DNA of 64,000 nucleotides. Source: Cyanophora paradoxa CCMP329 (Eukaryota; Plantae; Glaucophyta). The stretch covers positions 136,676 through 200,675 of the forward strand of contig QPMI01000517.1 in assembly GCA_004431415.1 (NCBI GenBank), read 5' to 3'. The translations under genes and the position numbers were made by a program. This document shows, piece after piece, positions 20,348 through 31,660 of this stretch. Under the pieces are notes generated by a model. The model searched no databases. It saw only the letters and a program-made list of their open reading frames with translations, and was not told where the DNA came from. Within the stretch, counting starts at the first letter, position 1. Each line of letters starts with the position of its first letter.

Positions 20348-23300
20348 CGGTCCAGGCGATCGAGAAGCTGCTGCACTACGTGACCGCCAGGGAAGGTCTC
20401 CGACCCTTCCCGCTCCGTCCGGCTGAACGGCGCCAAGCGAGGGCTGAACAAGGCTCACCGCCGCCCGGATCCCCGTATGCGCACTCGAGCTCGCACAGCT
20501 CACAAGGCTCGCGCAGCGGTAGCCCCGCGCCGGTTCCAGCCGTACCCCCCGCGGCTGATCAGCAAGAGGACTGGGCCGAGATGCACCGGCGGCAGCTCAA
20601 AGAAGACTGGGCGACCTTCTTCCGGGAGCTGAAAGTATGGCGAAACCGGACGCGGCACGACCTGCAGAAAATCCGCCGGGCGCTCCAGGCGGAGGACGTT
20701 GAGAGGGCATTAAAAGAGAGGCTAGACAAGTTCATGGACGGCCGCCAGCTCGGATCCTATATAGCCGCGGTGCTAGAAAAGCCGCGGAACCGCCCGATCA
20801 TGCACATCACGCGTGTATCCAAGGACGGAAAAACGTATGAAATCTACACGGAGCCTGAGGAAGTGAAACGACTCCTAAAAGAGCACTGGCGGAAATGGTG
20901 CCGACGCCGACGCCCACGCGTGGGCTGCACCCCAGAGACAATACCGGAAAGTGCGCTGAAGGATAGCATGGGGAAAGAACTGCTCGACTTCTGGAGGCTG
21001 GAATACGAGCCAAAAGCATACGCGGACCCTGCACTATTCCGAAACGACATGTCGGTGCCGAGCGAAGGCGAGCTCGGCGACTACATTAAAACGCTAAGAA
21101 ACACGGCAGCCGGGCCGTCGAACTTCTCATATGCTATGGTGAAGTTCCTATGGGCGCCGGTGCCCAAGCCGAAGCCCAAAGACGGGAAGGGCAACGAGGC
21201 CGGTGGCCCAGCGCCGGAGGGCCCGAGCCCAGCCGACGAGAGCGCCGAGGAGGCCACGGAAGCGGAGCCCGTACACTGGGGCCGGAAGCTGCTGCTCTCG
21301 CTGGTGGCTGAAGCGATCCGCCTCCGGGACCTGCCGGACGCCGTGTGTCAGGGCAACATCCTCGGCATTACTAAGAGCCGGGAGTGGGACGGGGATATCG
21401 AAAATAACCTGCGACCGATCACCCTGCAGGAGGTGGCCCTGAAGCTGACCACTGGCCTCCTGAACGCGCGCCTGTCCCGGACAATCCATCAGAACGGGCT
21501 CCTGAAAGGGGCCAACTACGGCTTCAGACCTGGTTGCTCGACGGACGACGCCCTCCACGTCTTTAACGCAGTCCTCGAGGACGCGAAGGAGTTCAAGAAG
21601 CCCCTGTACATCCTGCTGCAGGATATCAGGCGAGCGTACGACTCCGTCTCGTGGGAGAGCATGGAGCTCTCGATGCGGAGGCTAAACGTACCCGAGGGGT
21701 ACATCGAACTCCACAGGAACATATTCCGGCGCCGCAGGGCGCGGGCAATCTCCGGTCACGGCCTCTCCGACGAGTTCGAGCTCGAGTGCGGGCTGCCGCA
21801 GGGCGGCGTCGAGTCGCCGCTGCACTGGCTGATCTTCTACGATGCCCTCCTCTGCGCGCAAGAGCGCCTGGATCAGCACGAACGCCAGCACGGAAAGAAG
21901 ACGGCAAAGACGATAGAGCACTATGCCCACCCCGAGAGCTGGGAGGAGCCGGGCACGGCGTACGTGATGGGGAACCCGAGGGAGACCGATGCTGCGGAAC
22001 GCGAGGGCCGGGCCCGCGTCAGCGGCGTGGCGTACGCCGACGACACGAAGTGGATGAGCGGCAGCATGCGGGGGCTGCAGACCCAGGCCGACGTGGCCGG
22101 CGAGTTCTTCCGACTGCACGATATCGAGGTCAACGCAAAGAAGACGATCTTCACGTGGAACAACGCACGTCGCGAGGTTGAGAGCAAACCTGGGGCCCAC
22201 CCCGCCGCGAAGAAGAAGGAGAAGCAGCCCTCCCCGCCGAAGATCAACGGTACCCCCGTCGGACTTGTCCGCCAGCCCCACGAGCACTTCAAGCTCCTCG
22301 GGGTATACATGAGCGCAAACCTGAACTGGGATCGTCAGTGGCAGTACATCTGCGATCAGGCGCGGGGCGCAGTCGCGCTGATAGAACGCAAGAAGCTCAC
22401 CGCGAACGAGGCCTGCTACCTTGTCGAGGCCGTAGTACAGGCCCGCATCTCGTACGGCCTGAAGCTCATGACCCTGAGCGAGAGTCAGTGCCAGGAACTC
22501 GATCGTATTTGGATGCGGGTCGTCAAGCACCACGGGAACCTCGCCGCCTCGACGACGAATTACGCGATCTGGAGCCACGGGGGGTACAGCCTCAAACGAA
22601 CAGCCCACCTGCAAGCGGAGGCGCAAATCACAGAGGCTCAGATCCGGCTCTGCGCGCCAGAGGGCTCGCTGCTGGCCCGGGTTGTACGACACCGGGTGCG
22701 CGCGCTGCAGGAGAAGCTTGGGGTGCCTCTGCTCCCGACCGAGTTCCTAAACGCGCCCGTCTCCAGCGACCTCGCCCGCAGAAACGCCCTGGCGGCGATC
22801 ATGCCGCAGATGCAGCGCCGTAAGTACCGGCTGATGTCGAATCACGCGCGCTACGCGGCGTTCCGCACCTTGCCCGGGGCGAAGCCTTGGCCTGACCCGG
22901 AGCGCCTCGACCGGCGCTACGTCGTGGCAATGCACATCCCAAGAGCCGTCTTCAGCGTCGCGGCCCCTGCCCTTTACGGGGCGGGCGTGACGACCATGGA
23001 CGCGGTGACAGCAGCGGACGGCGAGACCTTGCGAACCTGGCAGGACCTGTACATGGGCGCGCCCAAGGGAACGCTGCAGAAGAGCGAGCCTGCGTGGTGG
23101 CGTGAGGTGGCGAACGCGCTCACGGTTGACGGGAAGAAGCTGCGGCACCCGATGCGGCGGGCGGGAGAGCGCGCGTCAGCCATGGCCTCGCTCCCCAGCG
23201 GGGCCCGGAAGGTGAAGTGGACGAAGGGCGCGTTCGTAGCCGTGTTTGAGGCGGAGCAGCTGCACGACGAATCTGCCGAGCCCCACGTGGGGCGAGTCAT

Positions 23301-24132
23301 TACGTTCAAGTCCGCGACGGGCAGCATACTAGCGTCGGAGTACCTGCTGGAGCACTGGGTGCCGGTGCCGAAGGGCGCGGACCCCGACGCGGAGAAAGAG
23401 GGGCTCTACTGCCGGTGCGACGGTCACTGCCGGCACCCCGAAATAGAGGGGCAGACGAGCACGTACACAGCAGTGCAGGGGACAGGAAAGCAGTACTGGC
23501 ACCATGACGACCGGTGCACGCGCAATGCTCCGTCGCGCTGCCCCGAAATGAGTCAGTGCGACGGCTCGTGGGCGCACGGGAAGGGCTGGTGGGAGGAGGA
23601 GGATACCCTCCTCGCCTTGGAAGGCGAACCGACGGAGGAGACGCCGGCGGTAGCGGCGGGGCAGGAGACGATGTCGAAGCGCGGGCGCAAGCAGGTCGCC
23701 CTGCGACCGACCTTGGAGTACTACGACCCGGGCCTGCGCACGCAAGACGACGAGAAACGCAGGGCACTGCTTCTCCAGGCCCGCGTGAAAGCCGTACAGG
23801 ATGGTGACGAGCGCTTCCTCCGTGAACAGCTGAGCCAGGAGGCCGAGGCTGAGCTGCAGGCCGCGCTGGAAGTAGCTGCGGCGGCGACGCCGGGCGCCGA
23901 GCCGCGGGACGAGGCACAACCTGTGTCAGATTCAGCAGAGCAGAGCGAGCTCTACTACGCGGGCGGAGCGCCGCGCCACTGGGACTCCCGGGCGGCGCAG
24001 GAAGGGGTCACCCTCACCGTTTACTGGCAGCACATGCTGGCAAATTGGAGCAGATCGAAGAGGCGGAACTCGCGAAGCTCGGCCGTCGCCCAGGCAAACT
24101 CGAGCAGTGGATATGGACGGACGGGAGCCTGA
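20218..24132 (+). CDS. LINE-B ORF2 part 2: reverse transcriptase and downstream region
   Basis: RPITLQE, NYGFRPG, DIRRAYDSV, GLPQGG, AYADD, LLGVYM. Confidence 0.93.
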   Translation: MHEGPRGKPTKPRNLPWQAKADARVARILAAWRKEPGGIPSELTVQAIEKLLHYVTAREGLRPFPLRPAERRQARAEQGSPPPGSPYAHSSSHSSQGSRSGSPAPVPAVPPAADQQEDWAEMHRRQLKEDWATFFRELKVWRNRTRHDLQKIRRALQAEDVERALKERLDKFMDGRQLGSYIAAVLEKPRNRPIMHITRVSKDGKTYEIYTEPEEVKRLLKEHWRKWCRRRRPRVGCTPETIPESALKDSMGKELLDFWRLEYEPKAYADPALFRNDMSVPSEGELGDYIKTLRNTAAGPSNFSYAMVKFLWAPVPKPKPKDGKGNEAGGPAPEGPSPADESAEEATEAEPVHWGRKLLLSLVAEAIRLRDLPDAVCQGNILGITKSREWDGDIENNLRPITLQEVALKLTTGLLNARLSRTIHQNGLLKGANYGFRPGCSTDDALHVFNAVLEDAKEFKKPLYILLQDIRRAYDSVSWESMELSMRRLNVPEGYIELHRNIFRRRRARAISGHGLSDEFELECGLPQGGVESPLHWLIFYDALLCAQERLDQHERQHGKKTAKTIEHYAHPESWEEPGTAYVMGNPRETDAAEREGRARVSGVAYADDTKWMSGSMRGLQTQADVAGEFFRLHDIEVNAKKTIFTWNNARREVESKPGAHPAAKKKEKQPSPPKINGTPVGLVRQPHEHFKLLGVYMSANLNWDRQWQYICDQARGAVALIERKKLTANEACYLVEAVVQARISYGLKLMTLSESQCQELDRIWMRVVKHHGNLAASTTNYAIWSHGGYSLKRTAHLQAEAQITEAQIRLCAPEGSLLARVVRHRVRALQEKLGVPLLPTEFLNAPVSSDLARRNALAAIMPQMQRRKYRLMSNHARYAAFRTLPGAKPWPDPERLDRRYVVAMHIPRAVFSVAAPALYGAGVTTMDAVTAADGETLRTWQDLYMGAPKGTLQKSEPAWWREVANALTVDGKKLRHPMRRAGERASAMASLPSGARKVKWTKGAFVAVFEAEQLHDESAEPHVGRVITFKSATGSILASEYLLEHWVPVPKGADPDAEKEGLYCRCDGHCRHPEIEGQTSTYTAVQGTGKQYWHHDDRCTRNAPSRCPEMSQCDGSWAHGKGWWEEEDTLLALEGEPTEETPAVAAGQETMSKRGRKQVALRPTLEYYDPGLRTQDDEKRRALLLQARVKAVQDGDERFLREQLSQEAEAELQAALEVAAAATPGAEPRDEAQPVSDSAEQSELYYAGGAPRHWDSRAAQEGVTLTVYWQHMLANWSRSKRRNSRSSAVAQANSSSGYGRTGA

Positions 24133-24602
24133 AGAAGGGTCAGACGGAAGGGGCGCACGCCGGCCTCGGCGTCGTGAGTCCGGCCGAGTTCCCGGACGGG
24201 ACCGTGGCGAACCACCCGGAATGGGCAGGCACGTACGTCGGCCGGCTGCGCGGGCTTCAAGAGAACAACAAGGCTGAGCTCCAGGCTGCGATCGTCGCCG
24301 ACGTGCTCGCGGCGCAGGGGGTGCGCCTGCACACGGACAGTCAGAACGTCTGCACATGGTTCGATAAGTTCGTGCTGAATGCGCACGATATGCACATGCG
24401 AGACTACATCCGGAACACGTGCAGCGCTGAGCTGTACGCGTGGTCCAAGTTCCGTGCCCTGGTGATGGGACGGGATCGGCAGCGGCCGGCTGCGGTTATC
24501 AAGGTCAAGGCGCACAGCGACGAGGATATGCACGAGCTAAACGACGCCGCCGACAGAGCGGCCGATCAAGGCGCGCACCTGGAACAGGAGGAACTGGACG
24601 AG
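24045..24602 (+). CDS. LINE-B ORF2 part 3: compact RNase H
   Basis: WTDGS, NNKAELQA, HTDSQ, KVKAH, NDAADRAA. Confidence 0.9.
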
Positions 24603-25239
24603 CACTAGTAGAATGGGGTAGGAACTGACACTACCCTGACATTATACTGACACTATAAATATTGTCAGAATGATGTCAGCCGGTCTGACAATTTCCTGAC
24701 AGTACTCTGACACTATTCGGACCGCACCTTGGTTTCGTTTGATAAGCCCGAAATGGCTCGGAGGCTCCACCAGCAGTCGTCCCTAGCCCAGTATTAAACG
24801 AAAGCGAGTGCACTGCTGCTGATGATGTGTCCCCTAGCCTCGAGATAATGTCTAAATAATGTCAGACGGCCTGACATCATCCTGACAGTATTTAGACAAT
24901 ATTGTATTAGTACATTGAAAGGTTGAAAAGGTTGAAAGGTTCCTATATGAAACTAAACGTAAAACACATAGAGTTACAACAAACAGCGCGTGCACGCTGC
25001 TACACGCCGCGCTGCCGAGCCGCCGCCGCCCCGCGCGCGCCGAGCCGCCGCGCCACGCCGCCGCCCCGCGCCGAGCCGCAGCGCCGCGCCGAGCCGCCGC
25101 GCCGCCGCCGCCCCGCGCCGAGCCGCCTCCCCGCGCCGAGCCGCCGCCGCCCGCCCGCGCCGAGCCGCCGCGCCGCGCCGCCGCCCCGCGCCGAGCCGCA
25201 GCGCCGCGCCGAGCCGCCGCCCCGCGCCGAGCCGCCGTC

Positions 25240-26789
25240 TCGCGTCAACAAGTACCTCGACGACCTCGGCGCGATCCCGTCCGAGCCTGACCGGAACCCC
25301 GACAGTAGCTACTCCATCGACAAGTGCAAGGTGCCTCTCTCTCTCTCTCTCTCTCTCTCTCGCGCGCTCCCTTCGTCACGCCGCAACAGGGGAAGCCCGT
25401 CCTCTGGAAGAAGACCTCGCTTGCCCTCGCCGACGACGACGTCCTCGAGTTCGGCGGCCTCCTTCACAAGCTTCTTAAGCTCGACGCCGTAAGTGGCCCT
25501 CCCTCCCTCGCTTCCCCTCCCCCGGCCCGTACCCCTCCCCCTCCCCCCCGACTCTTAGCCCCGTAGCTTCCCTCCCCGGCCCGTACCCTCCCCTCCCCCC
25601 GACTCTTAGCCCCCGTCGCTCCCCTCCCCGGCCCGTACCCGTCCCCTCCCCCCGACTCTTAGCCCCGTCGCTTCCCTCCCCGGCCCGTACCCCTCCCCTC
25701 CCCCCCGACTCTTAGCCCCCGTCGCTCCCCCTCCCCGGCCCGTACCCTCCCCCTCCCCCCGACTCTTAGCCCCGTCGCTTCCCCTCCCCGGCCCGTACCC
25801 CTCCCCTCCCCCCCGACTCTTAGCCCCCGTCGCTCCCCCTCCCCCGGCCCGTACCCCTCCCCCTCCCCCCGACTCTTAGCCCCCGTCGCTTCCCTCCCCC
25901 GGCCCGTACCCCTCCCCCTCCCCCCGACTCTTAGCCCCCGTCGCTCCCCCTCCCCGGCCCGTACCCCTCCCCCTCCCCCCCGACTCTTAGCCCCCGTCGC
26001 TTCCCCTCCCCCGGCCCGTACCCCTCCCCCTCCCCCCCGACTCTTAGCCCCCGTCGCTCCCCTCCCCCGGCCCGTACCCCTCCCCCTCCCCCCGACTCTT
26101 AGCCCCCGTCGCTTCCCCTCCCCGGCCCGTACCCTCCCCCTCCCCCCGACTCTTAGCCCCGTCGCTCCCCTCCCCGCCCCCCCCCCCCCCCCGCCCCCCG
26201 CCACCCCTCGGCCACCCCTCGGTCTAACGCGTACATCAGCTGCAGGAGGACACGAAGTCCCGCGCCTCGCGCGCCCGCACTGCGCCCCGCGCCAAGAACG
26301 ACTACGTGCCCACCGAGGATGCGGCGGCGGAGGCGGTGGCGGAGGATGAGGAAGCCGAGATCGTCGAAGCAGCTAGCCCCACGGGCCGGGTGCGCTCCCT
26401 CCTCCTTCAGTATGCTCTCCCATCCTGACTCTCGGCGCTCAGAACCCGCGGAACGTCCTCCTTCGGCTCAACGGCAAGGACGTCGCTACGGCTTTTACCG
26501 GCAGTCCCAGCCAGATCGACGGTTGCATCAAGGTTGCCATCGGCCACATCTTGGACGCGAAGTACGACGGCCTGCCGATTCCGTACCCAACCGACAAGGT
26601 GAAGACGCTTCGGCAAGCGGCGTCTTCAACGCGCGCATTCGACTGGCCCCTCAAACAGATCCGACTCGTGCGTATTGTCTTCGCTCTCCTCCTGACCTTC
26701 CTGACCTTCGCTCGCAGGCAAACGCGACGTCGCCCCCCGTCAAGCCCGTCAAGAAGCCCGTCAAGCCCGTTGCCAAGAAGCAGAACTGA
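25240..26789 (+). CDS. Spliced 3' part of a TnpA/Tnp1-like CACTA accessory gene (start uncertain)
   Basis: Four phase-0 GT-AG introns (25331-25389, 25489-26239/26245, 26390-26442, 26668-26717) join into one open frame. Exon 4 carries a VA..KV.I..LPIPYP..TL.QA..WP pattern like the Tnp1/En/Spm C-terminal domain. Confidence 0.7.
25500..26180 (+). repeat. ~57-62-bp minisatellite (~11-12 copies) within a CACTA intron
   Basis: Repeated cccggcccgtacccctcccctccccccgactcttagcccccgtcgct. Confidence 0.92.
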
Positions 26790-27200
26790 ACGCGGGCTGC
26801 GGGCGCCGGAGTCGGGGCGCTATTTGTAGTTTACTTTTACCTTCGCACCTTTTCAGTTTTACCTGCGCCTTCGCGCGCGTGTACTTTTCACCTTTTCACC
26901 TTTTATTTAACCTGTACAGCAGAGCTAGCAGAGCTGCTAGCGCTGTTTCAAGCCGATGTCACAGTGTACAGTACCAGAGCAGTACTATTTAGACAGTATC
27001 CTGATATCAGATTGACATTTTTGTGACATCAACATGACACTACATCTGACAATATCCTGACACGGTTCTGACACTTAAAATAATGTCCGGATAATGTCAG
27101 TTGCAGGCAAAGTGTCAGGATAATGATGTCAGGGCTGACAATATTTATAGTGTCAGAATGATGTCCGGGTAGTGTCAGTTCCTACCCCATTCTACTAGTG

Positions 27201-28198
27201 GAGAACATCTTCCTGCCGCCCGAGTTCAGCATGCCGGCAGTGCTGACGATCGAGGGACCAACCGGGATAGTCAGGCGAGTCGAAGGCGACCCCCGGCGGC
27301 ACGCCGCTGTGCTTCACGCGCACCACACGCACTTCGCGTGGACGAACCAGCTCAAGGCCGGGGAGTGGCTACGGCTGCCAGTGGACCATGGGGCCGTGTA
27401 CGATCAGATGACTATGGGGCCCCGCCGAGTCGGGGTGAGCCGGGAGAGCAACTGCTTCCGGGGTACGCACATGAAACTCGTGATGGGTACGGTGGCGACG
27501 GCCCTCGTCCGCAAGCGAGACGCGCCCGAGCTCTACAGCGAAGTGAACCCGGCAGGACTCTGTGCGCTCTGCAGCACGCGGGAAATCGATGGCGAAGGCC
27601 GGCCCCGGCTTGTGACTGGGCCCGAGGAGACGCTCGAGCACGTCCTCACCTGCCCCAGCGCGGTGGCGACGGAGGCGCGCACCGCTGCGGAAGCACGCAT
27701 CGCAGCGACGGTCAGCGAGGCCCTCGAAGGCGCGCAGAAGCGATCAGTGCCACACGCGCTCTCCAGATCCCTGAAGGTCACGAGAGTCAACGACCCGACG
27801 CTCACGGCGGCTGAACGGCAGGCGCAGATGTGCGTGCTACGGGGCTGCCCCCGGCGGGCCTCACCGACATGGTCCGCGAGACCGTCCCGGACGCCAAGAA
27901 AGCTGCCCAGGTCGTGCGCAAGCTGGCGACGGCCATAGGCGAGCAGGCCCATAAAACGTGGGCCGCCAGATGCCAGGCGTACGCGGAGTGGGAGAAGGCG
28001 TGCGGGATCACGAAGGTCATGAAAGAACGTCGCGCCAAGGCGAAGCGCACTGGGGCGCGCGACCGCGAGGCCGACGCGCCGCCTGACGATACGGCTGGCA
28101 ACGCTCGCAGGAAGCGCGCGGATCCGGAGCCCGGCAGCGGGAACGCTGCAGGGAGTGCGGTGCCCTCGAGTCCCGCCACCAGGGCGGGGAAACCCTAG
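27201..28198 (+). CDS. LINE-B ORF2 part 4: zinc knuckle and C-terminus (frameshift ~27845)
   Basis: RVEGDPR, CALC..ETLEHVLTCP, TWAARC..WEKACGI. Confidence 0.82.
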
Positions 28199-28769
28199 CC
28201 CTCTCACACCTGAGCTGCCCGCCAGACGACTACGGCTGGGTCCGGGCTTCGGCGGCCATGCAAGTGTACGACCATACGAACAGGTATGCTTGGGGCGTGG
28301 GCACAAAAAGGGCGCGCCCGCGCTAGAGGGAGACACGGGGGATTGCGGTCTGGGGTCGGGGCCGGAGGACGCAACACCAACAACTGGAGGCGGCGGAGGC
28401 GACGGCAGGAGGCGGCCAGTAGCCCAATCTACTGGGGCTGGCGAGGAGCCTGGCACACGGCGCGGCGAGGCCCTTGGGCAGCGCTGGCGGCGGACGTACC
28501 ATGATTGGGAGTCTTTTGTAGAGATAGGACCTCGTAGCCGGGAGTTTAGGTTAGTTTAGAAATCGATACAGCTAGCTTCCACATCATTAGTATTAGGTAG
28601 AAACCTCCTTAGCTAGATATCTAGACACGAAACCTTCAAACCTTTCGTTCATTTTGTACTTTCTAAAGCACAGCATACGACGGTCCTCGATAGTATCTAG
28701 TCGGAGAGATTTATTGGGCGATGTGAAACTCATTGTAGTTGTGTTGTGTGCTAATGCAAGAGACCAAGA

Positions 28770-28832
28770 GGTCTCGAAGGCCTCCTTCGGGTCCCGCGTC
28801 CACTCCAGGATCTTCTTGCCCCAGTACATCCT

Positions 28833-28870
<38 letters not shown>

Positions 28871-31660
28871 CGTCAGAGGGGTGAGAGGAAGAGCCAGGAA
28901 GGAGGGGGTGGGGGGGTGGGCGAGGTGGGAGGAGCCCCCTGAGAGCAAGAATATATATAACCGGCGGCGGGCCCTCACCGCGCGTAGCTAGATCCTCTAA
29001 ATTCTAAAATATGTAGGCGGCGGCGGGCGCTCACCGCATGTAGTTGTGCATCTTGCCGGTGATGACCATCTCCTTCTGCGAGGCGTCCCAGTAGGGGTCG
29101 GCCGTCCGCGAGGTCAGCCGGGCATGAGGGCAAGGCGGAGGCCTGGCATAGGGACCCAGCCGACCCCGAGCCTGGCCTGGCCCATGGGTGGCCCGGTCTG
29201 GCCTGGCCTAGGGACCCGGGGGAGGCGGCGGAGGTCGAGGCGAGCAAGGGGCCCGGCCCAGCCTATCCTTGCCCTCCCTGCCAGGGACCCGGCCCGGCCT
29301 AGGGACCGGGCCCAGCCTAGCCCAGACCGGCCCAGGCCCAGCCTATCCTGGCCCGGCCCATCCCATTCTATCCTTGGCGTGGCCGGCGCGGACCTGGGAG
29401 GCGTTCCAGTAGGGGTCGGCCGTCCGCCCCGCCTCCAGGTCCCCCCGGCTGTACACCTTCTCCCGGTGGTCCTGCGGGGCGCGATCAGCATCCGACCGGC
29501 TAAGCTTGAGATCTAGGTGCCGTCCCTCCATCTAGTTCTCAAATTGACTTAAGCTAGCCTAGCCTAGCCTTAAGCTTAGCTCTAGCCGCCCGCGGTCCAT
29601 CCATCTCGGCCGCGCGGCCACGCACGGGCTTGTGCTTCTCGAGGCTCTTGCGGGCCCAGTCGGGGAGGCCCTCGTACTTGTCGTAGCGGTCGTTGTACTG
29701 GCAGAAGTTCATGCTCAGCTCCCGCCGCACCTGCGGGGCGACGTGGGTGTGGGTGGGGCGGGGGTTGAGGGTCGGGGGGGGGGGGGGGGGGGGTGCGGGG
29801 GAGGGGGGGGGGGGGGGGAGGGGAAGTTGTGTACGAGGGAGCGCGCTAGCTGCAGTGATCGGGCCGGGGCCCAGGTAGCGCGGCCGGCTAGAGGGCTAGA
29901 GAGCGTTCGGGGTCAGGCGGGAGAGGGGGGGGCGACGGGAGGTGTGCAGGGGGGCCCTCTAGCCGGGAGGGGGGGTACGGGCCCAAGGGAAGGAAAGAGA
30001 GAGGGGGGGGGGGGGAGAAAGTCAAGGTGGAGGCGGGTCTGGTACTCGAGGATGGTAGCTGTGCTAGGGAGCGCTAGCTATAGCGGTCGGGCAGGCCCGG
30101 AGGGCGGTCGACTACGGGGCTAGGGAGCGGCCAGGGCCGGGCCCAGGGCCGGACGGGGGGCGGAGGTACGCGCGGCCCGGAGGGGGAGGGGAGGAGGGGA
30201 GGGAAAGGGAGAGAGGGGTACGGGCGCACGACGAGCTCCTCGATGTAGGACTTCTTGGCCTCGGCGTTGGTCGCCCGGCGGGAGACCTCCAGCGCGATCC
30301 GCAGCGGCGAGATCTGTACCGCCCGGCGGTTAGCTCGAGGCGAGGCGAGGCGAGGCGAGAGGCTAGAGCAGCTGGGCGTTCCTAGCTGGGCGTGTCTAGA
30401 CAGCACGACAGCAAGATAGCTAGCTCGCTGGCCGCCGCCCCCGCCTCCCCCCCCGTCCCCGCCCCCCCCGCGCTCCGGGTTCGACCCTGGGCGAAGGCGG
30501 ACCTGCCCAAAGTGGAGGCACGGCGATATGTGCGAGACATAGTCCTCGCTGCGCGCACAGGAATAAGAAGAGGAGGAGGAGGAGGCGGCGCGCGTCAGCC
30601 AAGCAAGGGAGCGAGCTCAGATCGAGCGGGATCGACCGCACCTCGGCTCGTTGCGCTTGTCGGCGTAGTGCCGCAGCTTCCGCTCGATGAACTCCTGGGG
30701 GGGAGGAGTCAGCGGGGCGGCCGCTGGGCCTTTGTACGATAAGGATCTTATAATCTTTGTATGATAAGGATCTCATCAGGGTCTTAAATGAAAGGCTATA
30801 TTTCGGGCTACAGCGAACTCGCCTCGAGGTGGCGGTTGGCCTCCGACTCGCCCCCGATGTACGTCGCCACGCGCGGCACCGCCCGGTCGATCTGCGCGGC
30901 GGCGCGGGGCGGGGCGGGCGTGAGCGGCGGGCGGGCGGGACGGTGCGGGAGCTAAGCGGGGCGGAGACGAGCGAAGGGCGGGGGCGGGGGCGACCGGAAC
31001 GGGGCGGGCGGGAAGGGGGGGGGGGGGGGGGAAGGGGGCGAGGGGGGGGAGCGGAGGCAGGGGCTGGGCGGGGGGGGGGAGGGGGCGGGGGGGGAGGCGG
31101 GCGGGCGGGCGGGGCGGGCGGGCCTGGAGGGACGCCAGGGCGGCGGAGACGTCGGAGAGGTCGAGGGCGCGCCCGCCGTCGGGCACGCTGAGATCCGTCG
31201 AGCGGTGCTTCACCGCCACCTCCGCCACCGGCACCTGCGCCAAGAAGCTTAGGGAGAGAGGCTAAACTTGGGGAGAGGGAGAGAAAGGATGCGCCGGCGC
31301 CGCGCTAAAGCTTAGGCTAAAGCTTAGGAAGAGGCAGCGCAGCTTAGAGAGCTAGCTAGCGCAGCTTAGAGAGCTAGAGCTAAAGCTGCGCAGCCCGAAG
31401 CTTAGGGAGCGAGGCTAAAGTTGGCCGGGCTCGGCAGAAGCGTCGGGAGAGAGAAGAGGCGCCGGCGCCGGCGCCGCGCAGCCCCCAGAACTTGGCCCCC
31501 TAGCTAGGCCTTGGGTCTTCGCGGTGAGGCCGCTAGGCGACCAACGGCCAACGGCCGGGGGGCGCCGGACCTGCGCAGCCCCCAGGACTTGGCCCCCTAG
31601 CTAGGCCTTGGGTCTTCTGGGCGTCAGCCCATAAAGCTTGGCCTAGCGCTAGCTGCGCAT
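28770..31660 (-). pseudogene. Truncated duplicate of the internal exons and introns of the photolyase gene
   Basis: Near-identical exons to 46011-49935 (e.g. [28 protein letters not shown]). Lacks the 5' exons, is cut mid-exon at 28770, and has SPYL changed to SPCL. Confidence 0.88.

Larger units (their letters stand above)
24603..27200. mobile_element. Non-autonomous CACTA (En/Spm) DNA transposon, 2598 bp
   Basis: Ends are CACTA...TAGTG. TIR of ~66 bp with 3 mismatches. 3-bp TSD GAG at 24600-24602 and 27201-27203. Many subterminal CTGACA/TGTCAG motifs. Removing it restores the LINE-B frame (ELDE|NIFLPPEF). Confidence 0.97.
18357..28769 (+). mobile_element. LINE-B: non-LTR retrotransposon related to LINE-A, interrupted by a CACTA element
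   Basis: Putative ORF1 C-terminus (stop 18550), then ORF2 from ATG 18728 with APE/RT/RNase H/zinc knuckle. The 3' boundary is inferred from where photolyase homology begins (28770). Confidence 0.85.

Noticed and set aside
21682-22692. 336-aa minus-strand ORF and similar antisense ORFs over the RT regions
   Set aside because: Expected from GC-rich codon usage; no motifs.
28833-28867. Long poly-G runs (also ~29775, 33385, 46073, 60085)
   Set aside because: Intronic homopolymers with unreliable length; no specific function can be supported.
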